In this document: one piece after another, positions 45,401 through 53,599 of the stretch
How positions within the stretch are numbered: the first letter of the stretch is position 1
Layout of the letters: the number at the start of each line of letters is the position of its first letter
Virus record (IMG/VR): IMGVR_UViG_3300025711_000006
Length of the DNA: 64,000 nucleotides
Direction: 5' to 3' (one strand)
Source of the DNA: a virus
Taxonomy: Duplodnaviria > Heunggongvirae > Uroviricota > Caudoviricetes
Notes under the pieces: model-generated
Told to the model about the DNA's origin: nothing
The model's input: the letters and a program-made list of their open reading frames with translations, nothing else
Databases searched by the model: none
Program-made: the position numbers and the translations under genes

Positions 45401-48400
45401 CCATCTGGTACAGGCTACCGTTCTCGGTCTTGAGAATGCCCGCTGGATCCCAGTTCGGGTTAAGCAGAACATCATCTTGCGATGTGTTACCCAGACTTGT
45501 TTGCAAGTTGGTGATGCTTTGCCCTTGGGCAGTAGCTACACCCTCTGCATTCGATACCCGGCTCGTAAGTGCCGAAGTAGCGGAAGAGTTTGCATCAATC
45601 TGTACTTGCTCGGTTACGTCTTCTACTGTGTAGTAGTCAAGAACCGCTACACCGCCTTTGCTGTTGTAGTTCGCAATCACCATTGGCGAGAACCATGCGG
45701 TTCCTGCTTTCAGGCGTTTAGGGTCAGCCGCAGTACCTGCACCTGCACCACCGTTCTCAGTTGGTGATGTGTGTCCCTTAATGTGTACGCTTACTTCTAC
45801 CCATTGACCAGTAGGGTTAATGACGTTGTTCATCAGCAAGTAGTGCGACGAACTTACGGAGTTTGCTCCCGAGTTATTAATACGGGTCACACCGTCTTCT
45901 GCGAAGCAGTTCAAGCCGAGGTATGTGGATGGCGAGGCCAAACTTACTGAAACCTGCTTCACGCGGGCAGATAGTTTGTACACGCGGGTAGGGTCAAAGC
46001 GGATGCGGCGAGTTGATTCACCCCACCAGTGACCGTTACCAGCTCCACCGCTAAGCACCATTACACCGTCATTGGTGCTGCCTGCCTCAGTACCGTAAAC
46101 GGCTGTAGCAGTCGAAGTGCTTGCATTGGATACCCACTTATCGGTTGCCATAGCGCCGAAGACGCTTTGGTAAACCTTCGTTGGCGAATTGTCCAGCGAA
46201 CCGGTTAGCTTGTTATCAAGCTGGGTAATGCTTTCTCCTTGGGATGTAACATTACCTTCGGCGGTAGTTACTCGGCTGGTCAGGGCCTGGAGGGCAGAGC
46301 TATCGGCTTTGTTTGATACTGTGTTGGTCAGGCTAGTAATCGCTTGACCTTGTGAAGTGATATTACCTTCAGCCGAAGTAACGCGGTTAGTCAAAGACTG
46401 GATTGCATTGCCTTGTGCTGCAACTTGGCCTGCGCTATTACCAATCACGAATGTGGAAGGCGTTGTCCCTGTAGCAACTTGCTCTTCGACCATGATCTTA
46501 TCGACCCACACCGGAACGCCATAGGCGCCTGATCCAGACTTCGGATCAATGCAGAGAATCATCTTCTCGGCAGGGGAAGCAGTCATATCAATGATCGTGG
46601 TATAACGTGCCCAGGAGGTCGTTACGGTCATGTTGCTTGGGTAGTGGAAGACTACGGTGCCATCGGTCTGGATAGCGCGGAAACCAGCACGTAGTTGGTG
46701 TCCATCTGTTCCAGCTCGGACATACATCGAGACGATGTATTTCTTCTGCTTCATCTGCATGTTTGCAGAACCAATCACTGTGGAAGGTGAGAGGTAAACA
46801 GTGGCTGTCCCTGAGTCCTTCTGGAAGCGCAGAGCGTAGCCAGCGAATGTTCCTGCATCTGCCTCTACAACAGCAGTAATGCCACCACCTACAACCATGC
46901 TTGGGGCTGTGTTGCTGAATGTGCAGTACTCGGCAGGGAGCAAGTTGCTACCTGTTCCGCTAATCGCACCAACTGTTGTGCTCAAGTTCGTGATCGCAGT
47001 ACCTTGAGAGGTAATTGATCCGCCCTGGGCAGTAACGGTATTGGTCAGGCCACTGATTGCAGTTCCCTGCGATGTTAGTGTGCCTTCCGCTGTTGTTACA
47101 CGGTTGGTTAGATTGGTTAGCGACGTTCCCTGAGAAGTGATCGTCCCTTCGGCAGTAGTAACACGTGCAGTCAAAGCGCTTGTAGCACTTGCTGCGTTCG
47201 TAACCGAGATAGCGCTTGTACCAGCAACGAATGGTGAAGCAGTGTTTGTTGCACCGATACGCTTCTCAACCATCACGCTATCAATGATAACTTCCATTCC
47301 CGCAACGTTAGTGCGGTTCGGGTAGATGGTTACGGCAGTGCGAGCACTATCCGTTACAGTAACCGGTAGGGTTACACGTGTACGGGCAGTGGTGAAGTTG
47401 CCGAGGCTTGTGTAACGGTGTGTGCCGTCATACAGAGAAACGATAACCTGCCCAGCATTGTTACCCTTGATGTAGAACGAAACTAGGTAAGTTCCAGGCT
47501 CAATGCGGATGTTGTATCCGGCAGCGTTATTGGTAGGCGAGAGCATCAGGAACTGGCTGCTAGCCGTAGAGTTACCGATCTGGTAGCCAAACTTCGAATC
47601 AGCCTCAGCTACTGCAACAGCCGCCGTAGTCAGGGCCGTAGTTTTTGCAACAGCGGGCAGGGTGGTCGAGGTCAACCAGCTATAAGTATCCTCCAGCAGG
47701 TTAGTGCCAGACCCTGCGATACCGTCTACAGTCGCCTGGACGTTGGTGATCGACTGACCTTGCGAGGTCAGGGTATTGCCTTGCTGAGTTACTGTGCTGC
47801 TCAAATTGCTCAGGGCATTTGAGGTTCCAGTGATATTCGTCTCAGCGTTTGTGATGCGTGTTGTGAGCCCTGTGAGCTGCGATGTGTGCGAAGTAAGGGT
47901 GTTGCCCTGGTTCGTGATCGTCGTGGTGTTTGTGCTCACCTGGGCGGCTGTTGCACCGGCTTCTTGCAGGATGGTTCCTACGTCTTTCCAGTACGTCACG
48001 TTAGGTGGAGTCTTGTTCACCGGAACGGCAATCAGAGCCTGATACAGGCGTTGACCTTTGCGGACAATATCGCCAACTGCGTAGGTCTTGGTTGCGTCGT
48101 ACTCAGCAGCCTTAACAGCTGCATCGAGGTCGGTACGCAGGCCAGCAACTGTGGTATCAACTGCATTCGCACGGTTGGTCAAAGTAGTAACACTTTGGTT
48201 CAACGAGGTAACGGAGTTGTTTACGCTTGTTTGAAGAGCTGTTACATCACCTTTAACACCAGTGATCTGGCTATTTAGGTCGTTCTTCGTATTGGTGATC
48301 TGAGTATTGAGCGAGCCTACTTGATTGGTTAGGTCGTTCTTTACATTGGTGATCTGGGTATTGATCGCTGAAACATCAGACTTAACCTTGGTATCCAGGG

Positions 48401-51020
48401 CTGTAATGTCCGACTTAGTTTTAGCAACATCGGTCTGGATTGTCCCTACATCAGTCTTAACTTGGTTAAGCGTGGTCGCAGTAGTATTAAGTTCGCCCAG
48501 TAGTTCCTGGCCAAGCTCAGTACGCCCAATCTCACCGGTAATAGACTCTAGGATCTTATCCGTACCATACTCGGAAATACCGTAAGTCCAAGCAGACCAC
48601 GGACCTTGATTGCCAGTACGGTCAATCAATCGAGCACGGAAGTAAGCAGACACACCGCCAAGCATGTTCGTCTTAACGTAACTAGTGGCCGGATATGCAA
48701 CCATTGTAAGCTCAGTTACATTGGCTCCAGTCTGAGAAGTTGCTTGTTGAATCTGGATGTACGCGGTATCTTCTGCACCGGTAGGGAATGTCCAGCTCAG
48801 GCGGATACCGAAGATTTCCGAAGCAGTGCTGAATGAAGCAGTAGCAGGCGGTAGCCCTTCCTTACCATTCAGTTGCGTATTAGCGGATTCAGTCCATACA
48901 GAGCGGGTGCCAATAGCGTTGATCGCACGTACACGGGCCTGATAGGCGCCGGAGTAGATGCCACGGACTTCGAAGCCGGTGCTTGCAGTGTTGCCGACGT
49001 TGTTCCAGTCACCACCATCTTTACGCCATTGAGCCTCATAATTCATGGCGCCCTTGGCAGGGTTCCACTTCACCGAGAGGGTTGTTACAGCCAGCGTCTG
49101 CTCAATGAATGTGAATGTGGAGAGCACTAATCCTGTAGGCGCATCTTGACCACCAGCAGGAATGCTAGTGATTGGACGGCTCTCCAGGCGAGCCCCAGTG
49201 TCGATGGCAGCGTACTTGCTATCTTCGTATTGCACGCCAGTTACTTCAAACTTGGCGTCGTTCTCAGCCCAGACCACTTTCGTGATACGGTATAGCTGAG
49301 ACTTGAGTGTTGTTTTCTCTACATACCATCCCAGCTCGGCGGTTGGAATAGCGGAGTAGTTAGCTGTTACAGTAATGACCTTACCGTTAACACTTTGGAT
49401 GGTGCGGCCTTCTCCTGAAGTTCCATCGGCCTTGTTAACGTAGAGGATATCACCAGCAACACAGTTTGGTACGCGGTCGCAAGTTACGGTCTTGAGGGTA
49501 GCTGCACTGATGCGGCCAGAGAAGCTGGATCCAGCCAACACTTGGTCGGCAATACCAACTACCTCGCCTGGGCGGGGCAGATAACCGTTCAAGCCAAGCT
49601 TGAAAGTCACCATACGGTTAATGCTGTTGGTAAGCATCTGGTACTTACCTTTACGCTGGGCTTGGCCACGGCTAGTAACGCCGATAGCAGCAATCTCAGC
49701 TTGGTTCCAAGTCTTGTAACGCTGGACTAGAGTGAGGTCGTTAACGGCCTCTACAGCGGTTTCAAAGTGGTTATCCGGGTCGTCAAACGACACAAGGGCC
49801 GTTGTGGCAATCGTCTTCTCAGAAGTAGAGCCGTAAGTGAACTTACCGTCTACAACGTTGCTACGGCTGTAAGTACGCAGGGTATTTACTGCAACAGGCA
49901 TATCCGCTGTTGCAACAATCTGTGTACCGCTCCAGTGCAGCATACCATTGAAGATGGCTACAACGTCGCGTAGGACTTGCCACGCTTCTTTGCGAGACTG
50001 GATGTAAATGTTGCAAGTGTAGCGGGGCTCTGTTCCGCCTTTACCATCCGGCACTAGTACGTCGCAGTACTGAGCCACTTGGTACAGGGTCCACTTATCG
50101 ACCATATCTGGAGTGATTCGAGCACCAAGGCCGAAACGCTCGTTTGTAACTAGGTCGTAGAATACCCAGGCAGGGTTATTAGTCCAGGCCCATTTAAATG
50201 TACCATTCCAAACTCCTGTGTACTGCCTTGTTTCAGGACTGTAGTTGGATGGTACTTGAACCATGCGACCTTTAGTCTTTACGGAAATCTTCGGGATCGA
50301 GGATCCACCGAAAGTTTCAGCATCAAACTCAACGAACAGCAGGGCTGTGTTCGGGTAGCGTAGTTTAGCGTCGATCACTTCTGCAATCGACTTAACACTC
50401 ATTATATCGCCAAACTTACCGTTGTTCTTATTCGGTGTAAGGCGGCGAATGCGGATTGTCCAAGAAGTTCCTGGCTTAGTCAGGTTGATACGGTGGGTAC
50501 GGTTGTACTCTACAGTAGTCTTCTGGCTGTTAGTGCTCCATTTCCCTTGTTCAACGTATGCTCCACCATTGGTGGACAGGTCAATGGCGTACTCAATGTT
50601 GTAGCCGACGATATCGCCATTGTCTTTCTGTTCGAACACTGCTGGGAAGGCGAGTGTTACACGAATAGCATCAAGACCTTGGGTTGTAATCAGGCGGGTC
50701 CATGGGGTTTGATCGGTGAGGGCAAGGTTAACTGCAAACTCGTTCGATACATCCGGCACGCCTGTAATATACGACTGATCGCTGCGACCAGAACGGTATT
50801 CCCACTTAACTCCGCCGAAGTTTTGCAGACCACCCGCACTTTGAAGAGGGGTGCCGTCAAGGAAAATGTTTTCAGCAGTGGGATTGCCAGCGAACTCACC
50901 TTCACCAATGGCTAGAAGCACTTTGGCGTATGATTTCGATAGCAGGGTATTCTTTTCCTCTACGGGAGTATGTTGTTTCCCGGCGCCGCCTTTGTGGCCT
51001 TGCAGAACTTTCTGATCCAT
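39459..51020 (-). CDS. giant host-specificity/central tail fiber protein (lambda J-like N-terminus + about 11 repeated beta-sandwich modules on TSQG-repeat stalks), 3853 aa
   Basis: N-terminal ~1100 aa resembles lambda gpJ domain order; position after I; C-terminal 2700 aa built of repeated ~170-aa modules ending VDSVMVEKQ.G..T.SPFVAG, separated by ALT.LTNRVT.AEG.ITSQG.SIT repeats. Confidence 0.9.
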   Translation of the reverse strand: MDQKVLQGHKGGAGKQHTPVEEKNTLLSKSYAKVLLAIGEGEFAGNPTAENIFLDGTPLQSAGGLQNFGGVKWEYRSGRSDQSYITGVPDVSNEFAVNLALTDQTPWTRLITTQGLDAIRVTLAFPAVFEQKDNGDIVGYNIEYAIDLSTNGGAYVEQGKWSTNSQKTTVEYNRTHRINLTKPGTSWTIRIRRLTPNKNNGKFGDIMSVKSIAEVIDAKLRYPNTALLFVEFDAETFGGSSIPKISVKTKGRMVQVPSNYSPETRQYTGVWNGTFKWAWTNNPAWVFYDLVTNERFGLGARITPDMVDKWTLYQVAQYCDVLVPDGKGGTEPRYTCNIYIQSRKEAWQVLRDVVAIFNGMLHWSGTQIVATADMPVAVNTLRTYSRSNVVDGKFTYGSTSEKTIATTALVSFDDPDNHFETAVEAVNDLTLVQRYKTWNQAEIAAIGVTSRGQAQRKGKYQMLTNSINRMVTFKLGLNGYLPRPGEVVGIADQVLAGSSFSGRISAATLKTVTCDRVPNCVAGDILYVNKADGTSGEGRTIQSVNGKVITVTANYSAIPTAELGWYVEKTTLKSQLYRITKVVWAENDAKFEVTGVQYEDSKYAAIDTGARLESRPITSIPAGGQDAPTGLVLSTFTFIEQTLAVTTLSVKWNPAKGAMNYEAQWRKDGGDWNNVGNTASTGFEVRGIYSGAYQARVRAINAIGTRSVWTESANTQLNGKEGLPPATASFSTASEIFGIRLSWTFPTGAEDTAYIQIQQATSQTGANVTELTMVAYPATSYVKTNMLGGVSAYFRARLIDRTGNQGPWSAWTYGISEYGTDKILESITGEIGRTELGQELLGELNTTATTLNQVKTDVGTIQTDVAKTKSDITALDTKVKSDVSAINTQITNVKNDLTNQVGSLNTQITNTKNDLNSQITGVKGDVTALQTSVNNSVTSLNQSVTTLTNRANAVDTTVAGLRTDLDAAVKAAEYDATKTYAVGDIVRKGQRLYQALIAVPVNKTPPNVTYWKDVGTILQEAGATAAQVSTNTTTITNQGNTLTSHTSQLTGLTTRITNAETNITGTSNALSNLSSTVTQQGNTLTSQGQSITNVQATVDGIAGSGTNLLEDTYSWLTSTTLPAVAKTTALTTAAVAVAEADSKFGYQIGNSTASSQFLMLSPTNNAAGYNIRIEPGTYLVSFYIKGNNAGQVIVSLYDGTHRYTSLGNFTTARTRVTLPVTVTDSARTAVTIYPNRTNVAGMEVIIDSVMVEKRIGATNTASPFVAGTSAISVTNAASATSALTARVTTAEGTITSQGTSLTNLTNRVTTAEGTLTSQGTAISGLTNTVTAQGGSITSQGTAITNLSTTVGAISGTGSNLLPAEYCTFSNTAPSMVVGGGITAVVEADAGTFAGYALRFQKDSGTATVYLSPSTVIGSANMQMKQKKYIVSMYVRAGTDGHQLRAGFRAIQTDGTVVFHYPSNMTVTTSWARYTTIIDMTASPAEKMILCIDPKSGSGAYGVPVWVDKIMVEEQVATGTTPSTFVIGNSAGQVAAQGNAIQSLTNRVTSAEGNITSQGQAITSLTNTVSNKADSSALQALTSRVTTAEGNVTSQGESITQLDNKLTGSLDNSPTKVYQSVFGAMATDKWVSNASTSTATAVYGTEAGSTNDGVMVLSGGAGNGHWWGESTRRIRFDPTRVYKLSARVKQVSVSLASPSTYLGLNCFAEDGVTRINNSGANSVSSSHYLLMNNVINPTGQWVEVSVHIKGHTSPTENGGAGAGTAADPKRLKAGTAWFSPMVIANYNSKGGVAVLDYYTVEDVTEQVQIDANSSATSALTSRVSNAEGVATAQGQSITNLQTSLGNTSQDDVLLNPNWDPAGILKTENGSLYQMDYANATDSGVPANPPAGRLLWRLKKATDNNWGGVVLTSTNKIGNDYQIFTRANAGDVINISCHMFCENAVTNAGKLCITPVDSAGNTISVGNVRVLGYVAATGGWQALSTQYTLPAGSAGFRVYLATEAVSPVGFKMWLGNLRVAIQSAGEAANAAATTALTATVTQQGNTITSQGSALTSLTNTVANKADSSAVTALTSRVTAVEGTTTSQGQSITNLTNSVNAIGGNGTNLMPSEYSVFSANVPPIGAINAGLTFTTVVDAACQNGYALKFTSSLATNSLACYLHVSNATADGWNMSYDNAKYIISFYAKTNVAGRQIRAYLRALNSSDVAVNAVSALITLTTSWVRYSAVMDLTNASTFSGNRMAFALMPNNSGVSGTEVYFDRFMVEKQVGASSEPSTYNGGSSYTQAAAQGTALQALTNRVTAAEGTITSQSSSITSLTNRISTAEGNITSQGSAISGLTSTVTTQGNTITSQGNSLTALQSSLSQSPDNLVLKGTFEDGDIGPWTNDPTVVGITAHSAYGKAIQFYANSFCGTTRNIITAPGEVFDTSADIWNNYFTAGQWARLQMQFFDKNSANIGYYTGAQCVAGTNGFQTYTGSITAPAGSVSARIVIRHETTDNVGRSLWCNIMIRRRTAADQANADATTALTTTVTNQGNTITSQGNSITSLTNTVSNKADASALTALTNRVTAAEGNITTASSNITQLDNALGDAGAENLLYNPTFTRTSATNANWPEGWQLEGTAGLNPSLVTSWMNSGERAQRVAITGITSSTPYMSLLTTSTTRAKVAGGQTFTSSIYVRRMAEAGLMNMRLYFQFLNAAGTLLSTPSSSLTPITVDGSRITLTATAPADATQANIYYRVYGTTATATNGTIEFARPQVEAGSKASGWHDNGQGLASDIAATSSALSSLTSTVTQQGTTVTSQGQSITSLTNSFNGINAAVNLMPAEFSVFGATAPTQHKQANVTITTEANTSAYGNYALRVVSTVSQSNYFYLTASSTDCPLKLKPTKNYIMSFWVQGDAARTSQLRLRYKNAAGSFVEVAVATVPVTTTWTRVSAVITTPAAVAGDAQILVFQNATAGTSSHIYDGFMLEEQIGTGTEPSTFSVGNSARQVEAQSTALSSLTNRVTNAEGTITSQGTSITSLQSSVGSVATDNLVNDPTFSAGHGTNQSAVTVVARSDAGVPDGSPSARVLKWALATGASNLYMGFIVTPNVKAPETGVTHNMVVAAGDTYDFEMYAYTSASRQVGIWIQMYDAAGTSITHDWVAASGDGVRLTSTAATWTKLTGTRVIPAGVIRIAMCFRVSAGNASDVFVSSPVIRKRAAQDSAQATALSALDTRVTSAEGTITSQGTSITSLTNTVANKADSSALAALTSRVTTAEGNITSQGSSVTTLQNQVGGISGSGNNLLRDEYSWLTSVALPTTNGSATTTVGVAVSGSASGFGYKMTSTSTSTGCYLMLCPTNNVAGFNMPIEAGTYIVSFYASTPTTASVRMRLYSTTTSAYSVAQTVTSTRTRYSHTVTIGAPSTMAVLFYYNMSGVSGQEVTVDSVMVEKQTGPGTTASPFVAGPSASAVSAQATALTALTNRVTSTEGALTSASSSITSLTNSLNGIGGTGTNLLSDEYSWLTSTTLPPVVPSGLTATGVAVAGSDSGYGINLVATGSSNTYAALYLASATNTAATNMTLEPGNYIVSMYMRGTTAGQALFNLYDMTTSRQIAVNFTTTRTRQSGIITVPTRAKVSLLIYPNINGAASANLTVDSIMVEKQVVDGTTPSPFVAGPSARALTSLATTVTQQGSTITAQASSISSLTSTVGSHTSSISTLSSTQSSTNGKLNALYSVKLAVNSNGQYYGAGMGIGIENTPSGMQSQVLFVADRFAILNSVNGTATSPFVVQNGQTFIADAFINKATVTNAIIGSGIYSAYQTNWGGPVMTQDFNVGNVITRHPTRANTYSVFNQDGIQVVVDGVLRVRMGIW

Positions 51021-51031
51021 TTGATTCCTCT

Positions 51032-51667
51032 TTAAGTCCGGTCCTCTGCAAAGATTCCGGCTGAAATAACGGCACCGCCGATTTCACGCTCTCCGTATAG
51101 GAGGCCAACCGGCGTACCTTGAGCTGTAGTGTTTACTGGCCCGCCGAACGCATAGGCCGAAGTGTTCTCGCCATCACTCTTGGTCTTTAAACCAGTGTTA
51201 GCGGTGGGGGTGAGCATTTGAACAACGCCCCCTACGGCCATAGCGAAGCCAGCCATTGCCAGAGCCCCAGTGAAGCCACCAGCGGAGAGCGCGCCACCCC
51301 AGCCTGCCGCACCTAGTACGCCAAGACCGGCTACACCCCCTGTAGCAACAACGGCAATGGCCATAAGTGCTACGCCGAGAACTACCGAGAACCCACCGCC
51401 ATTCTTTCGACCCCCATAAATAGGGGCGATACGAATTTCTGGTTTGGCGCCTAGCGTTAGTTCTTCTTCAGTAATGTTCCGTTTGCCATTAAAAACGGCA
51501 AATGCCATACCCCGGTACTCCGAGGTTTCGATAAAGTGTTTGAAGCCAGGAAGCATCACGCCCAGGGCATGAACGGCTTCGGCTGGGCTCTTCACAGAAA
51601 CTTCGAACTCGCGGCCAAACTTTCGCAAGTGGCCGTAGAGTTTTACTTTAACAAGTCTCTCCGACAT
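51032..51667 (-). CDS. tail assembly protein I-like
   Basis: 211 aa; Gly-rich hydrophobic central region typical of the lambda gpI family; position between K and J. Confidence 0.75.
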   Translation of the reverse strand: MSERLVKVKLYGHLRKFGREFEVSVKSPAEAVHALGVMLPGFKHFIETSEYRGMAFAVFNGKRNITEEELTLGAKPEIRIAPIYGGRKNGGGFSVVLGVALMAIAVVATGGVAGLGVLGAAGWGGALSAGGFTGALAMAGFAMAVGGVVQMLTPTANTGLKTKSDGENTSAYAFGGPVNTTAQGTPVGLLYGEREIGGAVISAGIFAEDRT

Positions 51668-52469
51668 AATCTTTGTGCCTTAGAATAAAGGATGTGCGGT
51701 GCAGCCACTGTCCTCCGTAGATTTCAACAGCCGATTTACGCGAATGCATGTGGTGCAGGATGAATGGACCTTGGCCGAAGATATCCAACTCTTCATCTGG
51801 AAGTTTTGGATCTGAGCCGAGGTAGATAGCTGCGTGGTTGGGGTGATAAGTTCGCCCAATCTGCATCACTATCAAATCACCTACTTGAATTTCATCTAGG
51901 GGGACTTTATAGAAGCCGCATTCTTTGAAGTTATCTTCGTACCAAGAAACTCCGTCCTTGTCTTCCCACCAGTTATCTTCACGCTGGAAGTTGGGGAAGG
52001 TGAGGCCAGAAGTGCGGAAGTAGTAGTCTGCACAGCACTGCCAACAGTCGTGGAGGCCGTGAACAAACTCCCTACCAGTGAGAGGTACGCCACCTTGGGC
52101 TACAATCTGCCTAAAATCACCGTCTGGCCACGATACGATGATCCAGGGGGTTGGCTTGGCTTCAGGGTCTAAGGCCAGCTCCAGGGCGTAGTAGCGTTCC
52201 ATGAAGGCTAAGTCGAATGTACTGGGCTGGCTGGTTGCGTCTGGGTGGGAATGCACGATGGCTTCCAACTCTCCCAGGTCCAGGGCGTCAGTCATATCTT
52301 CCGGGCACATCTGAAACTCTTGGGTGGGATCTTCAGAGACGTTCTTGCAAGGGAAGTATTGCGGATGGCCTTCAATACTCACGATAACGCCACAGGCTTC
52401 CCGTGGATATTCCTTGGCTGCGTGACGACGAATGTCCTCTCGCAGATTCTCATCTTCAAATACTTCCAT
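51648..52469 (-). CDS. tail assembly protein K-like (JAMM/MPN + NlpC/P60)
   Basis: HSHPDATSQPSTFD = HxHx7Sx2D JAMM motif; C-terminal Cys/His NlpC/P60-like; 20-nt overlap with I. Confidence 0.85.
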   Translation of the reverse strand: MEVFEDENLREDIRRHAAKEYPREACGVIVSIEGHPQYFPCKNVSEDPTQEFQMCPEDMTDALDLGELEAIVHSHPDATSQPSTFDLAFMERYYALELALDPEAKPTPWIIVSWPDGDFRQIVAQGGVPLTGREFVHGLHDCWQCCADYYFRTSGLTFPNFQREDNWWEDKDGVSWYEDNFKECGFYKVPLDEIQVGDLIVMQIGRTYHPNHAAIYLGSDPKLPDEELDIFGQGPFILHHMHSRKSAVEIYGGQWLHRTSFILRHKDYVGETC

Positions 52470-52477
52470 GTACTTCC

Positions 52478-53209
52478 TTAGTTCATTAGGGCACTTGCAG
52501 GGAAGCCGCCGAAACTCAGGGGGTTTGTTGCCCCCTGGCGGGGCTTACAGCCGGTGCCGAGCAGACCTGAGCACCTATCCTTGGCTGGGTCTGTTACTGG
52601 GTTGCCATCCGCATCGAAGTAAGCTGTGCCTGTATAGCCGCAATCAGCTCCGCGATACTGCCCCTGGAGCATCCAATAGCAAATGCTGTGGATCTGCCGA
52701 GCAGGAATGAGTTTGCCGGTAGTGTCCGCTGGGTTGGATAGGCTCCATGAAATGGAAACGTTATCCTCATTAGTCTTGCGGTCGATGTACCAGACTTGTA
52801 CAAACTCTTGGGATGGGTCAGCCCCAGGTTCGCCGTCCAAGTAGTGCTGGAAGGTGATGTGAATAGTTACCTTTGCCTGGGCAAGGTCATTAAGTGCAAG
52901 GCACAGAGAGCTAATTGTGGCGTCAACGTTTGCAACCGATAGGGTCGGGTTTGCTGTTGAGCCAGTACCATCAATCTCAATGCCGTCGAGGTCATATGGC
53001 CAGCAAGCGTATTCTTGCCCTTGCCAGATAAGTTTCTTCGGCGGTAGCTCTGTACCAAGATATTGTGCTGCTTGTAATTCGGACTGTGTGTATTCCACGT
53101 TGTAGTTGTGGAAGTGCAGCAAAGGACCGTTGAATTCTGTGCAGTCAACTTCGATTAGTCGGACCCGCTGGCCCGGTTCGAGCTTCTGCACATCTAATTT
53201 GATAGGCAT
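52478..53209 (-). CDS. minor tail protein L-like
   Basis: 243 aa; C-terminal Cys cluster (CGYTG...CSGLLGTGC); gene order M-L-K-I. Confidence 0.8.
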   Translation of the reverse strand: MPIKLDVQKLEPGQRVRLIEVDCTEFNGPLLHFHNYNVEYTQSELQAAQYLGTELPPKKLIWQGQEYACWPYDLDGIEIDGTGSTANPTLSVANVDATISSLCLALNDLAQAKVTIHITFQHYLDGEPGADPSQEFVQVWYIDRKTNEDNVSISWSLSNPADTTGKLIPARQIHSICYWMLQGQYRGADCGYTGTAYFDADGNPVTDPAKDRCSGLLGTGCKPRQGATNPLSFGGFPASALMN

Positions 53210-53221
53210 CAGCTCTCCTAA

Positions 53222-53560
53222 TTAAGCTGCATATGCTTTGGTAAACGTGCCTGTAAAGGAGAAAGTATTCCCGCCAACTTCCATTGGCTTAGGGTCTTTG
53301 CACTTGTACAAGCCGATCTGGCCTAGAGGGTTCGTCCAGAAGAACGATTTATACCCAGCCAGGGCATCAAGGAAGGTCATAATGGCGAGGACTTCAGTGT
53401 CCGTGCCGGTAAAACTCACTTCCCAGGATTCTGTTTTGTTGTTAACGCCTTCACCTACGTCTTGACTGTAACCATCTCCGAACTGAGCAGAGCGAACGGT
53501 ATAGCCAATAGTGGGCTGGGCCTGGGTACTGATTACCCAAGTGAATGTTGGTGTTGCCAT
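53222..53560 (-). CDS. minor tail protein M-like
   Basis: 112 aa; position after the tape measure gene. Confidence 0.7.
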   Translation of the reverse strand: MATPTFTWVISTQAQPTIGYTVRSAQFGDGYSQDVGEGVNNKTESWEVSFTGTDTEVLAIMTFLDALAGYKSFFWTNPLGQIGLYKCKDPKPMEVGGNTFSFTGTFTKAYAA

Positions 53561-53599
53561 AACTTCCTCAAAGAAACAGGGGGCCGGGGCCCCCTTAAA

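Noticed and set aside
40498-50915. About 25 plus-strand ORFs of 60-170 aa inside the giant J gene; similar antisense ORFs inside the tape measure, capsid, protease and ParA genes
   Set aside because: They are antisense to long, repeat-structured, clearly coding genes; typical spurious ORFs of high-GC coding DNA.
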